Position numbers and translations under genes: made by a program. A stretch of 64,000 nucleotides of DNA from a virus: IMG/VR virus record IMGVR_UViG_3300020036_002522, one strand, 5' to 3'. The notes under the pieces are model-generated. The model did not search any database. It was not told where the DNA came from and saw only the letters and a program-made list of their open reading frames with translations. Positions 44,528-52,387 of the stretch are shown here, piece by piece. The first letter of the stretch is position 1. Each line of letters begins with the position of its first letter.

Positions 44528-44875
44528 TCATGCCTCCGAAAGTTTTTGTTTCAGCGCGTAGCCCATCAGGGGCCACATCTTGTTGACCGCGTTTTCACGG
44601 GCGATCTTGCGACCCAGCTCGGCATCGAAGTTCTCGGGGCTGGCACAGGCGGACTCACCGGTCACAGTGAAGCCGTTCTTCAGGACGAGGACGCAGAAGG
44701 TGAGTAGCTTTAAGCTGTCGATGGCATCGAATGTTTCTTCCCCAGCGTTCCAAACTTCGACTGCAGCAGCTCCATTTTTCCCTTCATCCGCAGTGAAATA
44801 GAACTCTGCGCTTATGCTCTCTTTGATGTCAGCCGGTGTAACCCGGGGTGCGGTCAGGCCCTTGGCCTGAATCAT
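44528..44875 (-). CDS. Gp49/Sf6-gp66-like protein
   Basis: APRVTPADIKESI...LTFCVLVLKNGFTVTGESACASPENFDAELGRKIARENAVNKMWPLMGYAL matches my memory of the N4 gp49 / Sf6 gp66 family. The start is uncertain (44875 or 44971). Confidence 0.5.
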   Translation of the reverse strand: MIQAKGLTAPRVTPADIKESISAEFYFTADEGKNGAAAVEVWNAGEETFDAIDSLKLLTFCVLVLKNGFTVTGESACASPENFDAELGRKIARENAVNKMWPLMGYALKQKLSEA

Positions 44876-44915
44876 TTGCTCGATGGCCGTATCGTCGGTG
44901 CGGGGGGATGGGATG

Positions 44916-45323
44916 TTATACACGGCTGATACCCCGCGGGTCCTGCACGGTGGCCTCAACCGAGTCGTCATTCAAAAGGCGCCATTCCGTGCCGTGAATC
45001 TTCATGCGGGTACCGGAGTTCGGGCGCACGATCACGAAGTCACCAACCTTGCAGGACGGGCCGGACGGGAAGCGTTTCTCGTCCTTGAATGCGTCGGGGC
45101 CCATCTTGGCCACGAACAGCACCGGTGACAGCAGCTCTTCGAACTGCATGGTCTTGTCGGCTTTGAGGATGCCGCTGTCGTACGACTCCTTGGCCTGTGG
45201 CAGCATGCACAGCAGGTGGTACGTTTTGGGCTCGGGCACCTGCGAGGCTTTCACCTCGTCGGTCTCGGTCGGCACAGCGGAGGTTTCCCCCACCGCCGCG
45301 AACTCGGGTAACGCGTATTTCAT
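44916..45323 (-). CDS. GroES/Cpn10-like fold protein (tentative)
   Basis: 135 aa. YHLLCMLPQAKESYDSGILKAD...VLFVAKMGPDAF...VGDFVIVRPNSGTRMKIHGTEWRLLNDDSVEATV parallels the GroES pattern (RVLVK..E..T.GGI...GEVLAVG...VGD.V.F....G.....G.EY.i....DILA). Confidence 0.35.
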   Translation of the reverse strand: MKYALPEFAAVGETSAVPTETDEVKASQVPEPKTYHLLCMLPQAKESYDSGILKADKTMQFEELLSPVLFVAKMGPDAFKDEKRFPSGPSCKVGDFVIVRPNSGTRMKIHGTEWRLLNDDSVEATVQDPRGISRV

Positions 45324-45384
45324 GATTTTCCTTCACGCATGGGGTTAAAAACATGGCGGAGAACCCCAGAAAACTCCATCCAAT

Positions 45385-45585
45385 TCATTCCTGCTGACGC
45401 CGCAGCCTGTCAGCCATCTCGTTGATGCGCGCCTGCGCCACGGCCAGCCCGTGAATCCGCCCGCACATACCCTTGTAGTCGGCAAAATCCTTGGCCCCGC
45501 CGGAAACCATCGCATCGACGGTTGCCTGCTTCTCGTCTTCGCACTGCTTATGCAGGAGACCGAGTACGCTATCTTCTTCGTTCAT
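45385..45585 (-). CDS. hypothetical protein
   Basis: 66-aa ORF abutting the next gene. Confidence 0.4.
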   Translation of the reverse strand: MNEEDSVLGLLHKQCEDEKQATVDAMVSGGAKDFADYKGMCGRIHGLAVAQARINEMADRLRRQQE

Positions 45586-45825
45586 TTAGACCTCTCCGTT
45601 ATGTAGGCACGCCAGCAGATGCGAGACCGCGCCCATCGAGCGCAGGCGGCTTACGCGCATCGTCGCTCCTGACCACGTAGCCACGTTATCGTCGGCGTCG
45701 ATCGTTACGCCCATGAAGCAGGTAACCGTACCCGCCTCCACTTCTTCACGCAGCCGCTCCAGCACTGCCAGCGCCGCCCGCTTCTCGTCAAGCGCCTGAT
45801 GGTTTATGACTTGTGCAAGGGCCAT
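45586..45825 (-). CDS. hypothetical protein
   Basis: 79-aa ORF directly after the portal gene. Confidence 0.4.
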   Translation of the reverse strand: MALAQVINHQALDEKRAALAVLERLREEVEAGTVTCFMGVTIDADDNVATWSGATMRVSRLRSMGAVSHLLACLHNGEV

Positions 45826-48449
45826 TACGTAGTCTCCTTCTTCACGGGTTTTGGTTTCGCCCCGGCGCCGGCAGCCTTCGCCGCGGCCTTGACCTGCTTC
45901 TGCTGCTCCAGCCGCTGGCGGTGCAGCTCCTGCTTGTGGGACAGCGCCTGCACGTGGGTGACTTCCTTCTGCTGGCGCTCCTGCGCTGCGCGTGCGGCCT
46001 GCGCCTGCGTGTTCTGCTCCGCCATCCGGCGCTGGCTCTCGGCCTGCTGCGCCTGCGCGACCAACTGCTGCTGATGTGCCTGCGCCGCCTGTGCTTGCTG
46101 TTGCTGGGCCGTGGCCGCGTCCTGCTGTGCCTTCTGCTGTGCGGCGGCTACCTTGATCTGCTCGGCAGCCCCGGGGTTCTCGGCCTGCATCTTGGCCTGC
46201 GCCAGCGCCAGCTCGCCCTGCACCTTCTGACCTTTGATCTGCACGTCCTGCTCTTTGATGGCCAGCTCTTTCTGCTGCATCTGGATGATCGGGTCCTGCG
46301 CCATCTGCTGGGCCTGCTGCTGCGCGGCGGAGGCTTGGTTCATCGTCAGCAGCTGCTGCGCGGCCATGGCCACTGCGCGTGACAACTGCACTTCGATCTC
46401 GGGCGGCAACTCGGCATCTGGCATCGGCATCGTGACGCCCATGCGCTCCTCTATCTTCTGACGGTACAGGAAGCCAAGGTGTTGGGCGATGTGCGCTTGC
46501 ACGGCGGCAGCCATCTGCTGCGCCTGCGGGTTCTGCCCAATCGTCTGGGCAATCATTGGGTCTTGGATAAACGTACTATGGACAGTGATGTGGCTCTGGT
46601 GATCCTGCGCCAAGAACGCCTTGGTCGGTTTGCCGCTCAAGAACGCCATGTTCTCGCTGATCGGGTCGCGTGGGGTCTGGTCCTCGTCGGTGGGCACCAG
46701 CTTGGCCGCGTTCTTGATACCGAGCACTTCCAGCATCTGCCGATGAAGCTGGGGTAGGTCGTAAATCTGCGGGGCCCCTGCAGCCAGCTGGACGGCCGCT
46801 TGGTACTGCATGATCCGCTGTGCCATCGTGGATGAGTTCGGGTCACTGACCGGGATGACCGACACCAGCGAATAGTCTGCACGTTTGACACTTGGCGGGC
46901 CATCGACCGGCTCGTAGCCGTAGTCCTCTGGCTTGCTGTCGCGAATGATCGCCGCCAGCAGCTTGAACTCCTGCTTCATGGAGTAGTGGACACGCGCCTG
47001 CACGGCCGACATCGTTTTAAGCGTACGCTCCAGCAGTGCCAGCGTGGTGCCCACCGGGGCATTGGCGCTCATGTCGCTGATGTTCATGTCGCTGATCGCC
47101 CCCAGCCGACGGGCTTCTTCGGTGAGCTTGTCCAGCAGCAACAACAGTACGTTGGACGGCTCCTTGTACGGCAGCGGCATGATGTTGTCGCGCAGTGTAC
47201 CGGAGGCAATATCCACGTCACGGAACTCGCCGGGCCCGATCGGCGTGTCGTCGCCCTTGATCCGCAGCCCCCGGGTTTTCATCCCGCCGGGCAGGTTGGA
47301 CAACTGGCCGGCATCAACCAGCTCGCGGATGATGGAGGTGCCCGAGCGCGCGTAGCCGCCGATCAGGTGGATCAGGCCAAGGCCGTAGGCGCCGAACCCG
47401 GGAATGTATGTGTACTGGACAAAGTGCTGCCGTTTCAGTTTGCGACTGTCGGTCTCTTCCCAGTTACGATACACGGACATCACCGTGCCGGTGCCCTTGT
47501 CGATGGTCACGATGTACGGCACGGCCAGCTCATCCGGCTCCTCGAAGCCCTTCAGGTTCAGGTCGACCTGAATCTCGTAGAACTGGTAGCGCTCGTCGTT
47601 GTTGAGGGTGTACCCCTGCTGCTCGGCCTTGCGCTTCTCGATGTTCGTGCTCGCCGGTGCCGGGTCGCCCAAGTCCTTGTCTATATAGAACCCCGCCGCC
47701 TGCAGCCGCTTCACCTCGTTCTTGGTCTTGCGCATGGCATGTGTCACGCGCTCGGCGGTCTGCGCTCCGGCGGAGCCCCAAGGGATGATGACGTCCTCGG
47801 CCGGCACGAACAGCGACACCTGTCGGTCAAGCCGTGTGTCCTTGTAGATTTTCTTGAACGCCGCGCCGGCAAGGCCAAGGGAGAACAGCATGCGCTCGTG
47901 CTCCGGGCGGTACTCCTGCATCACCTCGGTGATCTCGTGGTTCATGTCGTCGCGCACGCGCACGGCCGCTTCGCGCTTCTCATCGGTCTCTTCACCGATG
48001 ATCTCGGTCTTGACGGGCCCGGCGGCGGGGAACGTCTCCATGATGGTCTCGCTCTGAAAGCGTATGGCCGCCTCCGCAAGCACCGTAGAGTAAACCCCGC
48101 ACGCGCCGACCCACGGCTCCGTGCGCTCGTCGTAGTTCATCCCCAGCACCTCAAGACCCTTGACAAAGGTCTCTTCCCACTCCTTGCGGCTGCTCAAATC
48201 CTCCTCAACCTGCTCCAAAAGCTCGGAACCGAGCATGGAAAGCACCCCTTTGTCCAGCTTTTCGGCCAGATTTGAGTCAAAACCGGTGATTATTTGGGTT
48301 TCTTCCTTGATCACGATGGTCACGGTGCCATCCGGATTGACCGTATGCGTGTCATCTTCACCCTCCACCTCGAACTCAAACGGCTCCGCACCGGTTATAT
48401 CGTCCTCAATATCGAGGCCGCGGGGGGCTGGATTCAGGGTTTTTTCCAT
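45825..48449 (-). CDS. portal protein (874 aa) with long Gln/Ala-rich helical C-terminus
   Basis: Large ORF immediately downstream of terL. The C-terminal ~170 aa are a Q/A/K-rich helix, like a P22-type barrel. The size and position are typical of a portal. Confidence 0.7.
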   Translation of the reverse strand: MEKTLNPAPRGLDIEDDITGAEPFEFEVEGEDDTHTVNPDGTVTIVIKEETQIITGFDSNLAEKLDKGVLSMLGSELLEQVEEDLSSRKEWEETFVKGLEVLGMNYDERTEPWVGACGVYSTVLAEAAIRFQSETIMETFPAAGPVKTEIIGEETDEKREAAVRVRDDMNHEITEVMQEYRPEHERMLFSLGLAGAAFKKIYKDTRLDRQVSLFVPAEDVIIPWGSAGAQTAERVTHAMRKTKNEVKRLQAAGFYIDKDLGDPAPASTNIEKRKAEQQGYTLNNDERYQFYEIQVDLNLKGFEEPDELAVPYIVTIDKGTGTVMSVYRNWEETDSRKLKRQHFVQYTYIPGFGAYGLGLIHLIGGYARSGTSIIRELVDAGQLSNLPGGMKTRGLRIKGDDTPIGPGEFRDVDIASGTLRDNIMPLPYKEPSNVLLLLLDKLTEEARRLGAISDMNISDMSANAPVGTTLALLERTLKTMSAVQARVHYSMKQEFKLLAAIIRDSKPEDYGYEPVDGPPSVKRADYSLVSVIPVSDPNSSTMAQRIMQYQAAVQLAAGAPQIYDLPQLHRQMLEVLGIKNAAKLVPTDEDQTPRDPISENMAFLSGKPTKAFLAQDHQSHITVHSTFIQDPMIAQTIGQNPQAQQMAAAVQAHIAQHLGFLYRQKIEERMGVTMPMPDAELPPEIEVQLSRAVAMAAQQLLTMNQASAAQQQAQQMAQDPIIQMQQKELAIKEQDVQIKGQKVQGELALAQAKMQAENPGAAEQIKVAAAQQKAQQDAATAQQQQAQAAQAHQQQLVAQAQQAESQRRMAEQNTQAQAARAAQERQQKEVTHVQALSHKQELHRQRLEQQKQVKAAAKAAGAGAKPKPVKKETT

Positions 48450-48484
48450 GATTTGTCCTGTATTTGAGGGGTTTTAGCGGGCCG

Positions 48485-50023
48485 TCAACCGTAATACGCC
48501 TTCTGCCGGGCCCGGAAATCCTCAACATTATCGTCAAAATCATTCGCGAGTCGAATAAATCCGCCGTCCCGGTACCGCGATATGCACATCTGCAGGCAGT
48601 CAACCTCGTCGTCGTTGGCGCCGAACGGGAACTCCGCCACCACGTCGATCAGCGCGTGGGCCCACCGCGTATCGGGCGCGTACACCAGCCCGGACGAGAA
48701 AATGTCGGATATGGCGTTCACCCGAGCGTACTTGTCGTTGGAAATGCCGTTGCCCTTGCGGCTCGGGCTCACTTCCTGCACGACGATGTTCATCCGACGC
48801 AGTTCCTGTATCAGCGGAGCGCCGGCAGCCTTCTTTTCAACGATAAGCGAGTCAGGTTCCCATTGTTTCCAGTGCTCCAGTACCTTGATCTTCAGCTCTG
48901 GGAACTCCCAGCGCCCTTTGATGCAGTCCAAAACGATAATTCTGCTCTCGTTGTCCTCGGTTGTCCACACTCCGACGGTCACGCACGCTGAGTAGTCGGC
49001 CCGGGTCTTCGCTTCGTGCGCCGTATCCCACGCCTGGATGATGAACTCTACCTTCGGCGGCTTCTCGTGCGGCCAAATCTTCCACCATTCGCGTTTTATG
49101 AGCGCGCCCTCCTCGGAGGTAGGTTCTTGCATGTACTGCGCGGACCAAAACTGCTGCAACATCGACGCCTTTTTGGAGAGTAGCTGCTCAACAGGCCACT
49201 GTTCTGGCCATAACGACTTACCAGAAGGCAAAATCGCCGGAAAGCGTACTTCCAACCACTGCGGTGAGTCCGGATTGTCGATCGCCCACTGCAGCGCGCG
49301 CCCGATCGGGTCTTTTTTGCCCCAGCGCGTGCCGATCATCACTATTTTACCGTCCGGCATCAGCCGCTGCAGCGGGCCGATCTGCATGTACTCCCACGCA
49401 TTGGCGAACTGCACCTCCGGATTGGCCAGCATCGCCTGCTCCGACACCAAGTCATCACAAATCAGCAGGTGGGCGCCGTGGCCGGCCACGTTGGCCCCGA
49501 TACCGATGGCCAGATATTTCCCGCCGAGCGTCGTCGCCCAGTTGGATGAAGCGCTCTTGTCCTTGGAGACGATGGTGTCGGGGAAAATCTCCTTGTACTT
49601 GGCGTCGTCGATCAGGTTGCGCACCTTGCGCCCGAAGTCTGCGGACAGGTCGGCCGTGTGCGTCACCATCATGATGTGGTGGGACGGGTTGTGCCCAAGG
49701 TACCACGCGACGAACAGAAAGGCGACGGTCTCCGACTTGGAGAAGCGCGGCGGCATGCTCACGGTAACCCGCGGCTCGGTGCCGTCTTTGGTGCGGTGCA
49801 GGATCGGTTTCAGGAACCGGTGATGTGGCCCCTCTTTGAAGTTCGGGTAAACGTAATGGCAGAACGCCATGAAGTCATCCTTGGCCGCGCGTATCGTGCG
49901 CGAATGCTGCCACTTCTCGATGTCGCCCAGCAGCGCCTCCTGCTCCTTACCCTGCATCCCCGGTACGGCCGCAAGAAGCGCCTCGATGTCCGCTTCGGTA
50001 AGGTCGTGCTGCTCGTCCATCAT
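48485..50023 (-). CDS. terL: terminase large subunit
   Basis: 512 aa. PPRFSKSE P-loop-like segment, Walker B HLLICDDL, and C-terminal nuclease acidic residues (IQAWDTA, FGANDDEVD). Confidence 0.85.
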   Translation of the reverse strand: MMDEQHDLTEADIEALLAAVPGMQGKEQEALLGDIEKWQHSRTIRAAKDDFMAFCHYVYPNFKEGPHHRFLKPILHRTKDGTEPRVTVSMPPRFSKSETVAFLFVAWYLGHNPSHHIMMVTHTADLSADFGRKVRNLIDDAKYKEIFPDTIVSKDKSASSNWATTLGGKYLAIGIGANVAGHGAHLLICDDLVSEQAMLANPEVQFANAWEYMQIGPLQRLMPDGKIVMIGTRWGKKDPIGRALQWAIDNPDSPQWLEVRFPAILPSGKSLWPEQWPVEQLLSKKASMLQQFWSAQYMQEPTSEEGALIKREWWKIWPHEKPPKVEFIIQAWDTAHEAKTRADYSACVTVGVWTTEDNESRIIVLDCIKGRWEFPELKIKVLEHWKQWEPDSLIVEKKAAGAPLIQELRRMNIVVQEVSPSRKGNGISNDKYARVNAISDIFSSGLVYAPDTRWAHALIDVVAEFPFGANDDEVDCLQMCISRYRDGGFIRLANDFDDNVEDFRARQKAYYG

Positions 50024-50676
50024 GTGTCTTTAGCGTACGTGGGCGCTACGCGCGCCACGATGGCGATCTCTTTCACCTCGGCGTCCTGCACCTCGATTGT
50101 TGGCGGGAGCAAGGACTTGAGTTTAGCGCGTAACCGTTCTTCGATGACACTTGAGTCTTCGTTCTTGTGCGTGACCTCGGAGCGTTCGGTGAAGGCGGCT
50201 ACCTCCGTTATCTTGCCGATAAGCTCCAGCGCCTTGAGCCGGTTGCGCGCCACGGGGTCCTTGGTCTCCTCCAGCAGCTTGGCCACCACGAAGCCGCGAA
50301 GCTGTTTGGCCTGCTCCACGAAGTCCCAGTCGTAGGCACTGAGCATCCCCACGAGATGGCGTACGGCCGCCGGTGTACGGAGGTTCTTGATGTCGGTGAG
50401 CTGCTTGTCCGGGGGTGCGCCGGCGGTGAGCGCTGCGAAGGCCTGCTGGGCGAGCGCACTGTCGCGTGGTTTGGGTGGGGCGCCGGTTACTGGTGCGGTG
50501 TCGTCATCCAGCCAGTCGAGCGTTTCCACCTGCGCGTTGAAGATGGCTTCCGCGGGTAGGTCGTCGATGTCGGTAAACTCTGGCGATAGAAGGTGCTCGA
50601 ATAACATGCAAAGCCCTTGTAATATACGAAATGTAGCATATAATGGCGGCGTGGGGTTTAGTTGTGTTTTCCTCAC
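50020..50676 (-). CDS. putative terminase small subunit
   Basis: First gene of the virion block. Its stop overlaps the terL ATG. The GTG start at 50676 has AAGGAG about 10 nt upstream. The assignment is positional only. Confidence 0.4.
   Translation of the reverse strand: MRKTQLNPTPPLYATFRILQGLCMLFEHLLSPEFTDIDDLPAEAIFNAQVETLDWLDDDTAPVTGAPPKPRDSALAQQAFAALTAGAPPDKQLTDIKNLRTPAAVRHLVGMLSAYDWDFVEQAKQLRGFVVAKLLEETKDPVARNRLKALELIGKITEVAAFTERSEVTHKNEDSSVIEERLRAKLKSLLPPTIEVQDAEVKEIAIVARVAPTYAKDT
50617..50644 (+). promoter_or_regulatory. sigma70-like promoter TTGTAA-N16-TATAAT, antisense within the terS 5' end
   Basis: -35 at 50617-50622 and a perfect -10 at 50639-50644. It points toward the terminator at 50699-50731. 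Confidence 0.45.
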
Positions 50677-50731
50677 AAACGTGATGCTCCTTGAATTAAG
50701 CCCCGGCGCGCAATGCTCCGGGGCTTTTTTT
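50651..50731 (+). ncRNA. candidate ~80-nt cis-antisense RNA covering the terS start codon and RBS
   Basis: Defined by the promoter at 50617-50644 and the intrinsic terminator at 50699-50731. It is complementary to the terS GTG (50674-50676) and AAGGAG (50686-50691). Confidence 0.35.
50699..50731 (+). terminator. intrinsic terminator (plus-strand orientation)
   Basis: AGCCCCGG-(11-nt loop)-CCGGGGCT followed by a run of 7 T. No plus-strand protein gene lies upstream for 39 kb. Confidence 0.6.
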
Positions 50732-50781
50732 CGTCCGTGGTGCTATGTTTTTTATAGCAAAAAAATTTATGAAATTAATAG

Positions 50782-50810
50782 TTGACAAAATTACTATGGA
50801 TTGGTAATCG
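50782..50810 (+). promoter_or_regulatory. candidate early promoter TTGACA-N17-TAATCG with extended -10 TG
   Basis: Perfect -35 at 50782-50787, TG at 50802-50803 and -10 at 50805-50810. It sits in the AT-rich divergent region upstream of the right-arm genes. Confidence 0.4.
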
Positions 50811-50973
50811 TTCTTCTGACACAGTGTTCTATATCGGCGCCGTCGTGGCACATAGCAAGTGGGGGTAGGGGGGTAGTGGGGTCAACCGAGGGAGGGTTGC
50901 CGACCCCCATTCCTACAATTGAGGTATCGAAAGACGCTAGGGTGTTACCAAGCATTCGGTATAGGAGGCCATC

Positions 50974-51405
50974 ATGGCTGCTAAGACTCTCTCCCCCACA
51001 GTTTCCACAACAACACTGGCTCACGTCAACACGTTGGTGCTTGCCGCACTGTCCTACCAAGACGCTGTGCAAATCGTGCGCAAGGACTACAACGAAGGCA
51101 AGCTCTCGAAAAACAATGCCAAAATCGCATTGGCCACGGCATACGTGCATCACAAGAAGTCCTATGCCGACCAACGTGATGCTGAGACTGGCAAGGCATT
51201 GCGTAGCACAGCCTTGGAGCAGCAGGTTAACCGCATGCTTCGAGACATCACCGCAGACGATGCAGACAAAATGTCTGCAAAGGTTGCAGACAAGATCGTG
51301 CTGACTGCCGCACAAGTACGCTTACTCAAGGAGCTGGACGCGACCTTCGACACATACGCATCAATGCGTAAGGGCATCCTGTCATACATCGCAACTGCAC
51401 AGTAA
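50974..51405 (+). CDS. hypothetical early protein
   Basis: 143 aa, with AGGAGG 5 nt upstream of the ATG. Confidence 0.6.
   Translation: MAAKTLSPTVSTTTLAHVNTLVLAALSYQDAVQIVRKDYNEGKLSKNNAKIALATAYVHHKKSYADQRDAETGKALRSTALEQQVNRMLRDITADDADKMSAKVADKIVLTAAQVRLLKELDATFDTYASMRKGILSYIATAQ
51261..51279. promoter_or_regulatory. palindrome copy 1 (TGCAGACA-AAA-TGTCTGCA), intragenic
   Basis: Perfect 19-bp palindrome. It is flanked by extra GCAGAC half-sites at 51253 and 51286. Confidence 0.7.
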
Positions 51406-51627
51406 GCGTATATACGTTTATTCAATCACCGTCGGATTCCTGCTACGGAGTTATCTGAGCGCGGGGATTCGGCGGGTTCAATACCCCTCGTACAGTAGCG
51501 GGCGCAACAGAGTAGGCCGGCACAGTAGCGGGCGTACAGGTTTGTGCGCCGCGCGCCACACCAAAGCGTTCCCATCCTGTAGCCTTGCGAGTCAGGGCTA
51601 TGTGGTGCGTCGCATGTCGCGAACACT

Positions 51628-51646
51628 TGCAGACAATATGTCTGCA
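51628..51646. promoter_or_regulatory. palindrome copy 2 (spacer ATA), 20 nt upstream of ATG 51667
   Basis: TGCAGACAATATGTCTGCA. Confidence 0.7.
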
Positions 51647-51666
51647 CAACACGTTAAGGAACTATC

Positions 51667-51966
51667 ATGTCAAAAGCAAACTACAACTACACCGTCACCC
51701 GCGCTGCTCGTATGGCCCTGGCCCTCAAGCGCGAATGGACTCGTGAGCACTTCCACATGGCAGCGCACGACCTCGGACAACTGACCACTCATGCAGACAT
51801 TTTGTCTGCACCTGTCGTTACGGTGGAAACGCTCCCAGACTTCGGCCCGTGGGCACGTGCATGGGTCAACGGTACAGTAAGCGTACATCCCACCTACGAG
51901 GCGATTCGAGTCATCAAGGTGCCCGGAATCCGCACGCGGCGCCTCGTTGAGCATCAGTTCCGCTAA
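51667..51966 (+). CDS. hypothetical early protein
   Basis: 99 aa, with AAGGA upstream. Confidence 0.55.
   Translation: MSKANYNYTVTRAARMALALKREWTREHFHMAAHDLGQLTTHADILSAPVVTVETLPDFGPWARAWVNGTVSVHPTYEAIRVIKVPGIRTRRLVEHQFR
51792..51810. promoter_or_regulatory. palindrome copy 3 (spacer TTT), intragenic
   Basis: TGCAGACATTTTGTCTGCA. Confidence 0.7.
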
Positions 51967-52322
51967 TAGAAGGCATTCAAAAGTACATACGCATAAGGTA
52001 TTCTTATAGCGTATGTACGCTTTCTCGTGGTTTTCATGATTTTCAATGTGCGTATGCCATTACCTTACGCCGTGCCGCGTTTGAGCGTTGATTTGTATGG
52101 CTTTTCTCTTTTACTTCTCTTTATTTATCTATATCTAATTAAATTAAGGTAAGAAGGAGAATAAAAGAGAATACGTACGCTCGCCCTTCTCGCTCTCGGA
52201 CTTACGTAAAGTCCTTCCCATAGATCAATGCTTGCTCTTTTTTTCTGCGAGGTAATTTATGTGAAGCTCGGGAGAGCTAGTATCCATGCGGGTTCCGCGA
52301 GGAAGGCCTCGGTTTACGTGCA

Positions 52323-52350
52323 TCGAAATCACGGAAATATCACGTATACT
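52323..52350 (+). promoter_or_regulatory. weak sigma70-like promoter TCGAAA-N16-TATACT
   Basis: The -10 TATACT at 52345-52350 lies 7 nt upstream of palindrome copy 4. The -35 is poor. Confidence 0.3.
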
Positions 52351-52357
52351 GTGTGAA

Positions 52358-52374
52358 GCAGACATTTTGTCTGC
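52358..52374. promoter_or_regulatory. palindrome copy 4 (17-bp core), 13 nt upstream of ATG 52388
   Basis: GCAGACATTTTGTCTGC, directly followed by A-CTAAGGAG (the RBS). Confidence 0.7.
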
Positions 52375-52387
52375 ACTAAGGAGTCCT

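Noticed and set aside
50745-50780. Minus-strand late promoter with extended -10 (TGCTATAAA, 50751-50759)
   Set aside because: No acceptable -35 is present and the region is generally AT-rich, so such hexamers arise easily. It is too weak to list as a feature, and the late operon may need a phage activator.
51440-51510. tRNA-like T-loop sequence GGTTCAATACC
   Set aside because: No acceptor, D or anticodon arms can be drawn around it. The spacing is too short for a cloverleaf.
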